DNA from: Nitrospirota bacterium
GTDB taxonomy: Bacteria; Nitrospirota; JACRHJ01
Direction: 5' to 3'
Assembly (NCBI GenBank): GCA_963733375.1
Contig: CAVTDB010000026.1
Coordinates: 192,001-256,000, forward strand
Length of the DNA: 64,000 nucleotides
Both the position numbers and the translations under genes were made by a program. Positions within the stretch are counted from its first letter, which is position 1. The number at the start of each line of letters is the position of its first letter. Below, piece after piece: positions 54,769 to 64,000 of the stretch. The notes under the pieces are model-generated. The model worked only from the letters and a program-made list of their open reading frames with translations, did not search any database and was not told the origin of the DNA.

Positions 54769-56067
54769 ATGGCTGATGAAGACTTAAATAAATTAAAGAT
54801 AGAGAAAACAGTAACAAAAACGGGCATCCGCAAGCGGAAAAGGCCCTTTATCTGGGCGGTGGCCGCGGTGATTATCCTTGCGGCGGTCCTCGCGGCGACT
54901 GGCGTCCTTACTCCCGCGGTCGAAGTGAAGACCGCCGTCGTATCCATGGTCTATCCGACACAGACGTTCACCCGTCTGGACGCGAGCGGGTATGTCGTGG
55001 CGCAGCGCAAGGCGGCCGTGGCGGGCAAGGTGACGGGAAGGCTGGACTGGCTTGGCGTAAAAGAGGGCTCCCGCGTAAAGAAGGGCCAGATAATTGCGCG
55101 CCTTGAGAAGCAGGACGTGCTTGCGGCCGAGGCCCAGGCCAGGGCCAATCTGGCCAGTTCCCGCGACACGCTGAACCAGGCGTCGGCGAACGTGATAAAC
55201 GCGAAGTCGGCGCTCGATCAGGCCCAGGCCGAGTTAAGCGACGCGAAGCTGAACATCGACCGTCAGAGAGACCTCCTGAAGAAGGGGTTCGTCGCGAAGT
55301 CTGATTATGATTCAGCCGAGGCGAGATATAAAAAGGCGGTTGCGGGCGTCGAAGGCGCGAAGGCCGCAATACGCGCGGACGAGGCGGCCAGAAACGCTGC
55401 CAGGGCCGCAATATCTGGCTCCGCCGCGGCGCTGGAAGGCGCGGAAGCGAACGTGGAATATACCCTCATCCGGGCCCCGTTCGATGCGGTGGTCCTGACG
55501 AAGAACGCGGATATCGGCGACATCGTAACGCCTATAGGGGCATCCACCAACGCCCAGGCCGCGGTGGTTACAATCGCCGATATGGACTCGCTGGAGGTGG
55601 AGGCGGACGTCTCGGAGGCGAACCTGGAACTGGTGAAGGAGGGGCAGCCCTGCGAGATTCAGTTAGACGCCCTGCCCGGCAGCAGGTTCAGGGGGGAGGT
55701 GTCCGTAATAGTGCCCACCGCCGACCGGACGAAGGCTTCGGTCATGGTGAAAGTAAAGTTCATAGACAAGGACCCGCGGATTCTGCCGGAGATGAGCGCG
55801 AAGGTTGCGTTCCTCGCGCATTGGCCGAGCCCGGAAGACAGGAAACCGCTGTTAGCCGTAAACCCGGCCGCGCTGACTGAGAAGCACGGAAAGCAGGCGG
55901 TCTTCGTGATAAAGGACGGGCGGGCGGTTCTGACTGCGGTACGCACCGGGAAGAAGCTGGGGGATTGGGTGGAAGTCACCTCCGGCCTGAAGACGGGGGA
56001 CAAGGTCGCGGTAAGCAACGTGGATAAATTAAAAGACGGCTCAAAAATAAAAGAAGCCGTGGAATAA
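54769..56067 (+). CDS. Efflux periplasmic adaptor (MFP, MacA-like)
   Basis: N-terminal [12 protein letters not shown], coiled hairpin, IRAPFDA, ADVSE. Confidence 0.92.
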   Translation: MADEDLNKLKIEKTVTKTGIRKRKRPFIWAVAAVIILAAVLAATGVLTPAVEVKTAVVSMVYPTQTFTRLDASGYVVAQRKAAVAGKVTGRLDWLGVKEGSRVKKGQIIARLEKQDVLAAEAQARANLASSRDTLNQASANVINAKSALDQAQAELSDAKLNIDRQRDLLKKGFVAKSDYDSAEARYKKAVAGVEGAKAAIRADEAARNAARAAISGSAAALEGAEANVEYTLIRAPFDAVVLTKNADIGDIVTPIGASTNAQAAVVTIADMDSLEVEADVSEANLELVKEGQPCEIQLDALPGSRFRGEVSVIVPTADRTKASVMVKVKFIDKDPRILPEMSAKVAFLAHWPSPEDRKPLLAVNPAALTEKHGKQAVFVIKDGRAVLTAVRTGKKLGDWVEVTSGLKTGDKVAVSNVDKLKDGSKIKEAVE

Positions 56068-56069
56068 CG

Positions 56070-56762
56070 ATGGCAAATAATAAAGAGCCTGTGGTCCAGG
56101 TCAGTAACGTCACGAAGTCCTACCGCCGGGGAAGCCAGGTGGTGCCGGTACTGCAGGATTTGACTTTCGATATACAAAAAGGCGAGTTCGTCGCCCTGAT
56201 GGGGCCATCCGGTTCCGGCAAGAGCACGCTCTTAAACTTAATCGCCGGACTGGACAAGGCAGACAGCGGGAGCATCCATGTAGGCGGGGTCGATATTACC
56301 GCCCTTTCGGAGACCGAGCTTGCCGGGTGGCGGGCGTCGAACGTAGGGTTCATATTTCAGTTCTACAACCTGATCCCGGTATTGACCGCGTTCGAGAACG
56401 TGGAACTTCCGCTGGTGCTGACCGGACTTTCAAAAAAAGAACGGCGCGAACACGCCGATACGGCGCTTAGAGTAGTGGGCCTCGAAGACCGTATGGACCA
56501 CTATCCTTCCCAGCTTTCGGGCGGCCAGCAGCAGAGGGTGGCAATCGCCCGAGCGATTGTCACGGACCCTGCAATACTTGTCGCGGACGAGCCGACGGGG
56601 GACCTGGACAAGGTCTCGGCGCAGGAGATACTGGGCCTGATGGAGCGCCTGAACCGTGAATCGGACAAGACGATTATCATGGTGACGCACGACCCCAGAG
56701 CCGCCGAAAAAGCGCACGTCCTGAGGCACCTCGAAAAAGGTATCCTCACCAATGCTGATTAA
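56070..56762 (+). CDS. ABC transporter ATP-binding protein (MacB/LolD-like)
   Basis: [28 protein letters not shown]. Confidence 0.95.
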   Translation: MANNKEPVVQVSNVTKSYRRGSQVVPVLQDLTFDIQKGEFVALMGPSGSGKSTLLNLIAGLDKADSGSIHVGGVDITALSETELAGWRASNVGFIFQFYNLIPVLTAFENVELPLVLTGLSKKERREHADTALRVVGLEDRMDHYPSQLSGGQQQRVAIARAIVTDPAILVADEPTGDLDKVSAQEILGLMERLNRESDKTIIMVTHDPRAAEKAHVLRHLEKGILTNAD

Positions 56763-57905
56763 GCTCCTTTTTAAAAACCCCCTGCGCCACAAGCTCCGGT
56801 CCATCCTCACAGTTCTGGGCATCGCCATCGCCATATTGTCTTTCGGTATGCTCCGGACAATCGTCGGCGCGTGGTATTCGGGGGTCGAATCGTCGTCGGC
56901 GACGCGCCTCGTTACGAGAAATTCCATATCGATAATTTTCCCGCTCCCGCTTTCCTATAAGGAGAAGATACGCCAGGTATCCGGGGTGAAAGACGTATCT
57001 TACGGTAACTGGTTCGGCGGGACTTACCAGAACGAAAAGAATTTCGTGGCGGCTTTCGCCGTGGATCCGAGAGCTACTTTAAGATGTTCCCGGAATACGT
57101 AGTGCCGCCGGACCAGATGAAGGCTTTTTTGAACGACAGAAAGGCCTGCATAGCCGGACGGAAGCTTGTAGAGAGATATCACTGGAAGATAGGCGACACG
57201 ATCACGATCAAGGGGAATATTTTTCCCGGGAACTGGGAGTTCGTACTCAGGGGTATATATAAAGGGAAGTACAAGAGCACGCCCGAGGACCAGTTCATGT
57301 TCCATTGGGACTACTTAAACGAGACAATGAAGAAGGAAGAGCCATCGAGGGCGGACCAAGTAGGATTTTATATGCTGGAAGTGGAACGGCCCGACCTGGC
57401 GGCATGGGTCTCGCAGGATATCGACAAGATGTTCAAAAACTCCATGGCGGAGACGCTGACAGAGACGGAGAAGGCATTTCAGCTTAGTTTTATCGCCATG
57501 ACCGAGGCGATAGTAATCGCGATACAACTGGTTTCTTTCGTCGTCATTTTAATCATCATGGCCGTAGCGGCGAACACAATGGCCATGACCGCGCGCGAGC
57601 GGATAGGGGAGTACGCGATATTCAAGACGCTCGGTTTCGGGGGATGGGATATCGCCTTCCTTATCTTCGGAGAGTCGATCATTTTGTCGATGACCGGATG
57701 CGCGATCGGCATAGCGTTGACGTATCCGGCGGCGCAGTGGTTCAAATCGGAGCTGAGCGACTGGTTCCCGGTCTTCAACGTCGCCCGGCAAACCATTTAC
57801 ATGGACATCGCGGCCGGGATGATCGTGGGAATTACGGCCTCCATTTTCCCGGCGTGGCGGGCGATAAAGCTGCGGATAGCCGACGGTCTCAGGAGGATCG
57901 GATAA
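56752..57905 (+). CDS. ABC permease (MacB/FtsX-like; frameshift ~57085)
   Basis: [34 protein letters not shown]. Confidence 0.9.
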
Positions 57906-59075
57906 ATGGCCGCGATCTTCTTTTTCTATTCCTTCCGTAACCTCTGGACCAGGAAGCTCACGACTGTCCTGACGGCGGGTGGGATGGCGCTCGTCGTTTT
58001 CGTGTTCGCGTCGGTCCTCATGCTCGCTGCCGGTTTGAAGAAGACGCTGGTGGAGACAGGCTCCTATGATAACGTCGTCGCCGTCCGCAAGGCGGCGGAG
58101 ACCGAAGTCCAGAGCGGAGTGGACCGCGACCAGGCGTCCATCGTGGAGAGCCAGCCGGAAATCGCGACTGGTCCGGACGGAGAGAAGCAGGTGGCAAAGG
58201 AGCTTGTCGTGCTGATAAACCTGCTGAAACGGGGGAGCGACAATCCGTCTAACGTGGAGATACGCGGCATAGGCAAAGAGTCCATGGCGCTCAGGCCGCA
58301 GGTAAAGATCGTCGCGGGGCGGATGCCAAGGCCCGGGTCGGCTGAGATTATGGCCGGGCAGGGCGTCGCGCAACGCTTCCAGGGCGCGGGCCTCGGAGAG
58401 AGTTTGAAGTTCGGGATGCGGGACTGGAGGGTCGTGGGGATTTTCGACGCGGGCAATACCGGGTTCAATTCGGAGATATGGGGGGACGCCGACCAGCTTA
58501 TGCAGGCATTCCGCCGGCCTGTTTACTCCTCGGTCATATTCAAACTGCGGGACTCCTCCGAGTTCGGCAAGGTAAAGGCGAGGCTGGAATCCGACCCGAG
58601 GCTGACGCTGGACGTAAGGCGCGAGACGCAGTATTACAAGGACCAGTCCGAGCTGATGGCGAAATTCTTGCGGATTATGGGGCTCTCCCTTACGGTGATA
58701 TTTTCCATCGGCGCGATAATCGGCGCGATGATAACCATGTACGCCGCGGTGTCGAACCGTGTGAGCGAGATAGGGACGCTCCGGGCGTTAGGTTTCACGA
58801 GGCGGAACATAACGCTGGCGTTCATCTCCGAATCCCTTCTGCTGGGTTTAATCGGGGGACTGGCGGGGCTTTTCCTGGCGTCCTTCCTCCAGCTCTTCAC
58901 CATATCCACCATGAACTGGCAGACATTCTCCGAGCTTGCGTTCACGTTCACCCTTACGTTTGAAATTTTCTGGAAGTCGCTGGCGTTCGCGCTTGTGATG
59001 GGCCTTATAGGCGGAGTGCCGCCGGCGATTAGGGCGGCACGGATGAATATCGTGGAGGCTCTCCGGACGAGCTGA
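57906..59075 (+). CDS. ABC permease (MacB/FtsX-like)
   Basis: RNLWTRKLTT, EIGTLRALGF, PAIRAAR. Confidence 0.92.
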   Translation: MAAIFFFYSFRNLWTRKLTTVLTAGGMALVVFVFASVLMLAAGLKKTLVETGSYDNVVAVRKAAETEVQSGVDRDQASIVESQPEIATGPDGEKQVAKELVVLINLLKRGSDNPSNVEIRGIGKESMALRPQVKIVAGRMPRPGSAEIMAGQGVAQRFQGAGLGESLKFGMRDWRVVGIFDAGNTGFNSEIWGDADQLMQAFRRPVYSSVIFKLRDSSEFGKVKARLESDPRLTLDVRRETQYYKDQSELMAKFLRIMGLSLTVIFSIGAIIGAMITMYAAVSNRVSEIGTLRALGFTRRNITLAFISESLLLGLIGGLAGLFLASFLQLFTISTMNWQTFSELAFTFTLTFEIFWKSLAFALVMGLIGGVPPAIRAARMNIVEALRTS

Positions 59076-59102
59076 TAAACAGAAAGTGAAAAAAAATTCC
59101 AC

Positions 59103-59143
59103 AAAAAATAACCCCCGGAATTTCTTCCGGGGGTATTGGTTTT
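59103..59143. terminator. Bidirectional terminator
   Basis: ACCCCGGAA-TTTC-TTCCGGGGT with A/T tails between convergent genes. Confidence 0.75.
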
Positions 59144-59159
59144 TCGTTTTTGATGCGCT

Positions 59160-59357
59160 TTACGCGCTCATCACGTTAACCGCCTGCGGACCCTTCGGGC
59201 CGTTCGTGACTTCGAACTGGACTTCCTGTCCTTCGTTCAAAGTCTTGAAGCCGTCCATCTTTATCTCGGAGAAATGCACGAAAACGTCTTTGCCTTCCTC
59301 AGGAGAGATGAAACCATAACCCTTGCTCTCGTTGAACCACTTTACTGTACCCTTCAT
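59160..59357 (-). CDS. cspA: Cold-shock protein
   Basis: [31 protein letters not shown]. Confidence 0.93.
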   Translation of the reverse strand: MKGTVKWFNESKGYGFISPEEGKDVFVHFSEIKMDGFKTLNEGQEVQFEVTNGPKGPQAVNVMSA

Positions 59358-59555
59358 CAACAAAACCCCTTTTTCTTTGGGCTGGCGCACCCTGCGCATC
59401 GCCCGATTAACCTGTCAAACTTTTTCAACCTAAGTAAAGCGTTCAACCTCTTAGCAATGAAAAATCGCAGGCATAAAAAAAGCCACGGCGTTGTGCCGTG
59501 GCACCACTTGTCAAATACTACTCGCTTGTTTGGAAGATGTCAAGACTAATATATA

Positions 59556-60263
59556 CTAATCTTTAATAAACCTGTCCCTGAACTCGCGCGCCTCCGCAGG
59601 CGGGACGTTCTTCGCGTTCTCCAGCCTCTTAAGAGTCCCCGCAGGGTCGTCATGCACGCCCTCGACGACCTTTTGCACCGCGGTCGCAAACCGCGCGATC
59701 CGCGCATCCACCTTTGCGGGGAACAGCTTTACCAGGAGTTTTAAAGCAACTCCGGCAGCCGAGTTATCAACCATCATGTAGCCTTTGGCCTTTGCATCGA
59801 GCTTTCCGCCGCTGGTCTCATGGTACTCCACCAGAAGGGCGATCCTTCCCTTCAGTATTACGCCCAGGATTATCTTCCAGTAGCCGTCGATGTAGTACAG
59901 CCTCCTGCCGGGGGTGGAGTTGATAAGCTCCATATCGCCTACCAGTTGTTTGGTGTCGTCGATGTGATAGACCTCGGGGCCGGTCTTCGTTATCACATAC
60001 TTATCGAGCGATTTATGCATTTTCCCGGCAAGGGCGACGGAGGTGCGGGGCCTGTCCAGCAGGAACTCGAAATCGGGCGCGGTGGTAGGCAGGGCTTTGA
60101 GGTCCGCTTCCCTGTAAAGGGTGGGGTCTTTAAAAAGTTCCTTTGCTTTCCCTTCTTTGGCGGTGAGGGCGCCGAAATCAGGGTCCGCCGCGCCTGAAAA
60201 AGCAAGGGTCGGAAACAGGACAGCCAGGACCAGCGCAAAGAAGAGGTAATACTTAATTCTCAT
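59556..60263 (-). CDS. Exported hypothetical protein
   Basis: Signal peptide; no recognised motif. Confidence 0.7.
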   Translation of the reverse strand: MRIKYYLFFALVLAVLFPTLAFSGAADPDFGALTAKEGKAKELFKDPTLYREADLKALPTTAPDFEFLLDRPRTSVALAGKMHKSLDKYVITKTGPEVYHIDDTKQLVGDMELINSTPGRRLYYIDGYWKIILGVILKGRIALLVEYHETSGGKLDAKAKGYMMVDNSAAGVALKLLVKLFPAKVDARIARFATAVQKVVEGVHDDPAGTLKRLENAKNVPPAEAREFRDRFIKD

Positions 60264-60318
60264 AGCTATTGTAATAGACGCTCTGCATGCTAAAAAGTTT
60301 ACACTTCTTTATTCTAAC

Positions 60319-60909
60319 CTATCTGACGATGAATTTCTCAAGTCTTTTTCCGAAAACACGCGAGAGCCTGTAGAAATCCTCCGACTCCTCCCTGGTTATG
60401 CAGTCTCCTTCGAGCATCTTTTTCGAGTATGACTCGATTGCGGAGGCCTCACGCTTCATGTCCGCGAACTGCACGCGCAGGCTGTTGTTCATCTCTTTAA
60501 ACGAGTCGGAGAGACTTTTTATCTCGTCCTTGGCCCGTAGCTCAAAACTACCCGTCAGGTCGCCCTTGCCAATTCGCTCCGCCGCCTTCCCAAGCCGGAA
60601 TATCGGTCCCGCAAGCCTGTGGGATACCACCAGCACCACTATTGAAACCGCCGCGACAATCAGCAGGACCGCTAATAAATTTACCTTCAAGAGCGCGGGG
60701 ATTACCATATCCGATGTGCTTGTGAGCCGGAAGTGGTTGCTGTAGAATACTTCTTCCGCGCTCCTTTCCACGGAGCGGTAAACCAGGTATCCCGCCGCCG
60801 CGAACCCCGCTACGGCAACTATCAAAAACCTGGCCACGAACCGCGACTGAAATCCCTTTTTGATGAAATAGTTCCGTCTCCTCCAGTCATTATTTTGCAT
60901 TTGGTTCAC
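60319..60909 (-). CDS. 2-TM + HAMP protein without output domain
   Basis: RRNYFIKKGFQ N-terminus, SHRLAGP, GDL..LRAKDE. Confidence 0.82.
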   Translation of the reverse strand: MNQMQNNDWRRRNYFIKKGFQSRFVARFLIVAVAGFAAAGYLVYRSVERSAEEVFYSNHFRLTSTSDMVIPALLKVNLLAVLLIVAAVSIVVLVVSHRLAGPIFRLGKAAERIGKGDLTGSFELRAKDEIKSLSDSFKEMNNSLRVQFADMKREASAIESYSKKMLEGDCITREESEDFYRLSRVFGKRLEKFIVR

Positions 60910-61789
60910 TCCTTAACTCCTTATGGCAGGCGAGGCAGAGGCCCTGGAAGCTCCCGCGGGCGCCTATTACCAGCGTCTTCCCTTCGGCCGCGTAAGGGTC
61001 GTGGCAGGTGCAGCAGCCGATTTTCCCGTCGAAAAGACGGAGCCTCTTATCCAGTTTCTCTTCCGGGACGTAACCGGCGTTCCCCATTGTCGCCAACGAG
61101 TAATCGACGCCTATCGGGTGAGAGAGGCCGATGCAGGAAGTCGAATGGGGCCAGACGCCTTTCCCCAGGGTCGTCTTCGGGGATGCGCCGCCGTGACAGT
61201 CCAGGCAGGCGAGCGAGAGCGGGTCCAGGTCTGCGCCCTTGTCCGAAACCTTGAAACGAGCGAACCCGTGGCCCTTGTTCATCACCGTCCTGTGCGAGTC
61301 TGTCAGGGCCGTCTTGTTCACGTCCGGCCCTATCGACGCCAGCTGTATCTGCTTTATTCCTTCTTCCGTATTATGGCAGGATAAGCAGAAGTTCTTGCCG
61401 ATGACGTCGCGGCGGAGGAAATATGTCTTCTGGCCGGTGAGGGGATTGACGTATTCCCTGTGGATGTCGTGGCAGGTCGCGCAGGTCATCTTTCCGTCCG
61501 CGTCCAGCGGCATATCCCTGGGTATGTTCACCCGGTCCGACGGCTTCATGTTCACCTGGTGAGAGATGCTTTTGGACATGTCGTGGCAGCGCGCGCACAT
61601 GTTGGAGACAGTGTCCGTGAGCCGGAGCGGCTCCTCGCTTGGCGTCCCCTTGGACGGGAGGGTAACGTGGCAGTAGAAGCAGTCCGTCCGGGTGAACTCG
61701 TGCGGGTTCGACCTGCTGTCGAATTCGACAGCGAAAGCGGCGGCGGCGACGGCTGTCGTTAAAAGTGCGATTATGAAAATGCGGCGCAT
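60890..61789 (-). CDS. Exported multiheme cytochrome c (7 CxxCH)
   Basis: CFYCH, CARCH, CATCH, CLSCH, CLDCH, CCTCH, CLACH; SHQV/SHPIG doubled-CXXCH-type motifs; signal peptide. Confidence 0.92.
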   Translation of the reverse strand: MRRIFIIALLTTAVAAAAFAVEFDSRSNPHEFTRTDCFYCHVTLPSKGTPSEEPLRLTDTVSNMCARCHDMSKSISHQVNMKPSDRVNIPRDMPLDADGKMTCATCHDIHREYVNPLTGQKTYFLRRDVIGKNFCLSCHNTEEGIKQIQLASIGPDVNKTALTDSHRTVMNKGHGFARFKVSDKGADLDPLSLACLDCHGGASPKTTLGKGVWPHSTSCIGLSHPIGVDYSLATMGNAGYVPEEKLDKRLRLFDGKIGCCTCHDPYAAEGKTLVIGARGSFQGLCLACHKELRSEPNAK

Positions 61790-61802
61790 TCTATTGTCCC
61801 CG

Positions 61803-62384
61803 TCAGTTTGACGTCTTTATGGCATCTAATCTCTCGACGAGTTCGCCAGCGGCAAGATGTATCTCGCGCAGGGTCTCCGCACGCTCTGTCGCCGACATGC
61901 CAAGGGGCGATTTATCCCGCAGCCTCCGGGCGCAGCTATCCAGCTGCAGGTATGCCACCTCTACTCTGCATACCTTCTGCCTGAGTCCCTTCACCATGCC
62001 GTTCACCTGCCGGGCGAACTCCTGGACCTCGTCGTTGTCCCTCAGGGTAAGGTTACAGGAGAGGTTGCCCTCCGCTACCATGCGCGCCGTCTTCTCTACC
62101 TTCCAGAGGGGCCCGGCCAGCTTATGCGACATCAGGAGGCCTATAACCGCGATACCAAGCGCGAGCAGCGGCAAAACGGCCGTCTCGGACAGACCGATTG
62201 CGGATGGCACGCTGAACCGGAAAGACCTGACGGTTTGAAGGGCGGCGGGGAATCCGCCTTGAATATCTTTCCTTAGAACAAAATAGACAGCGGCGCAGAA
62301 GAGGATTTCGGAAGCCACGGTGAGGAGGAAGGCTTTCATGATTAACTTTGACTGAAAGCTTTTCCCGATAAAATATCTTCTCAT
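61803..62384 (-). CDS. 2-TM + HAMP protein without output domain, paralog of 60319-60909
   Basis: MRRYFIGKSFQ, SHKLAGP, GNL..LRDNDE. Confidence 0.8.
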   Translation of the reverse strand: MRRYFIGKSFQSKLIMKAFLLTVASEILFCAAVYFVLRKDIQGGFPAALQTVRSFRFSVPSAIGLSETAVLPLLALGIAVIGLLMSHKLAGPLWKVEKTARMVAEGNLSCNLTLRDNDEVQEFARQVNGMVKGLRQKVCRVEVAYLQLDSCARRLRDKSPLGMSATERAETLREIHLAAGELVERLDAIKTSN

Positions 62385-62544
62385 TTCCGTCCCTCCCTTG
62401 CCTGGGTAAAAAGCTTTAAGTCCTTGACACTTAAACCCGGACGTGCTAAGTTTCCAGTGCCCGGGAGACGCCCGGAAAAGCTCTCCGGTCAAAATAAAAA
62501 AGTTATACTTAAGTAAAACAACACAACCTTTATTTGTCAAGCCT

Positions 62545-64000
62545 ATGTATTATCCGGATATCAAGGAATTCAAGAAAAAGGCCGGGCAGGGAAACCTCGT
62601 CCCCGTATATCGCGAAATGCTCGCGGACATGCTTACGCCCGTCTCCGCCTTCCTTAAAATAGATTCAGGCCGGTATTCGTTCCTCTTGGAGAGCGTCGAG
62701 GGCGGCGAAAAATGGGCGAGATATTCCTTCCTCGGGGCCGACCCGTCCGTTATAGTCCGCACCTCCGGCAATAAGGGGTTCATAGAAACAAAAGGGTCTA
62801 CGGAAGAAAGAGAACTCACGGCTGACCCGGTATAATTCCTGAAGGAGACGATGGCACAGTACCGCCCGGTCCCGGTTGAGGGCCTGCCGCGCTTTTTCGG
62901 CGGCGCGGTCGGGTACGCGGGCTATGACGTCGTTGGCTTCCTGGAGAATATCGGGACAAGAGAAAAACCGGGCGTGGACTGCCCGGACCTCTTCTTCATG
63001 CTGACGGACACCCTGCTGATATTCGACAATGTCGCGCAGAAGATAAAGGTAGTGGCGAATGCGCACGTCGGGGAGGCGGGGCCGGAAGCGGCGTACGAAG
63101 AGGCGAAAATTAAAATCGACGCCCTGGTGGAAACCCTGAAGGGGAAGCAGCCGAAGCGTAAAAAGCCCAGGGCCAGGATTACCGGAAAGCTTAAATCCAG
63201 CTTTACAAAAAAGAATTTCGAAAATGCCGTAAGGGCCGCGAAGGAATATATCAAGGCGGGCGACATCTTTCAGGTCGTGCTCTCCCAGAGGTTCGAGGAG
63301 AAGGCGACAATCGACCCGTTCGACGTGTACAGGGCGCTCCGGGTGATAAACCCGTCGCCTTATATGTTCTACCTGAACTGCGGCGACTTCGTCCTGTCCG
63401 GCTCCTCGCCCGAAGTGATGGTCCGGGTGGAAGGCACGCGGATAGACCTGCGGCCTATCGCGGGGACCAGGAAAAGAGGGGCCACCGAGGAAGAAGACGA
63501 GGCGCTGACGAAGGAACTCCTGGCCGACCCCAAGGAGTGCGCCGAGCACATAATGCTTGTCGACCTGGGCCGAAACGACGTGGGGCGGGTATCGAAGCCG
63601 GGTAAGGTCGCCGTGAACGAACTGATGGTCATAGAGAAATATTCTCACGTCATGCACATAGTCTCAAACGTCCGGGGCGAGCTGAGTGATAGCCAGGACG
63701 CATATGACGTCATGAAGGCGTGCTTCCCGGCGGGCACGGTATCCGGCGCGCCCAAGATACGCGCCATGCAGATAATAGACGAGCTGGAGCCGACCAGGCG
63801 CGGCCCTTACGCGGGCGCGGTCGGGTATTTCAGCTTCACAGGCAACATGGACACCTGCATAACGATAAGGACGCTCCTCTTCAAGGACGGCAAGGTCTAT
63901 GTGCAGGCGGGGGCGGGGCTGGTCGCGGACTCCGTGCCGGAGACGGAATATATCGAGACGGTGAACAAGGCCGCCGCAATGATGAAGGCGCTCGAAATGG
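62545..64000 (+). CDS. trpE: Anthranilate synthase component I (frameshift ~62833; runs off window end)
   Basis: LLESVEGGEKWARYSF, GDIFQVVLSQRF, NPSPYM, GSSPE, RPIAGT, EHIMLVDLGRND, FPAGTVSGAPK, QAGAG. Confidence 0.95.

Noticed and set aside
62400-62545. trp attenuator or T-box upstream of trpE
   Set aside because: No Trp-codon leader peptide or T-box motif seen

Overview
64 kb of chromosome from a GC-rich anaerobe. Gene content and order suggest a Nitrospirota/Desulfobacterota-type organism (inference only). From start to end: 5' part of a Tat-exported [NiFe]-hydrogenase small subunit; a sigma-54/two-component-controlled TauE-TIGR02186-PEP-synthase-like cluster next to tRNA-Glu; a Fur-boxed NuoE/NuoF/Cys-formate-dehydrogenase operon; a YHS/thioredoxin/CcdA/CopZ cluster; mtnA, an MCP, mltA and MOSC-mogA; an AT-rich ~2.9 kb accessory patch built from repeated modules (MNT nucleotidyltransferase, two paralogous 1-TM peptides, a class III cyclase-like gene); the core pheA-hisC-tyrA-aroA-cmk-plsC-rpsA-sppA-ihfB run; two moeA genes, a RACo-like ASKHA ATPase, an HspR-like MerR, a K+ channel, spoIID and queA; tRNA-Pro, acyP, rpoS, apt and tRNA-Arg; orphan kinases, a MacAB-like ABC system, a cold-shock gene, a HAMP/heptaheme-cytochrome/HAMP trio and trpE. 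The most striking observation is a reciprocal domain swap in the FDH operon: a circularly permuted HycB/HydN-type ferredoxin gene sits inside the FDH alpha gene, giving two chimeric proteins that are predicted to share Fe-S clusters. More than 25 apparent frameshifts, including in essential genes, indicate an unpolished long-read assembly, so split ORFs are treated as single genes and fine detail needs read-level confirmation.
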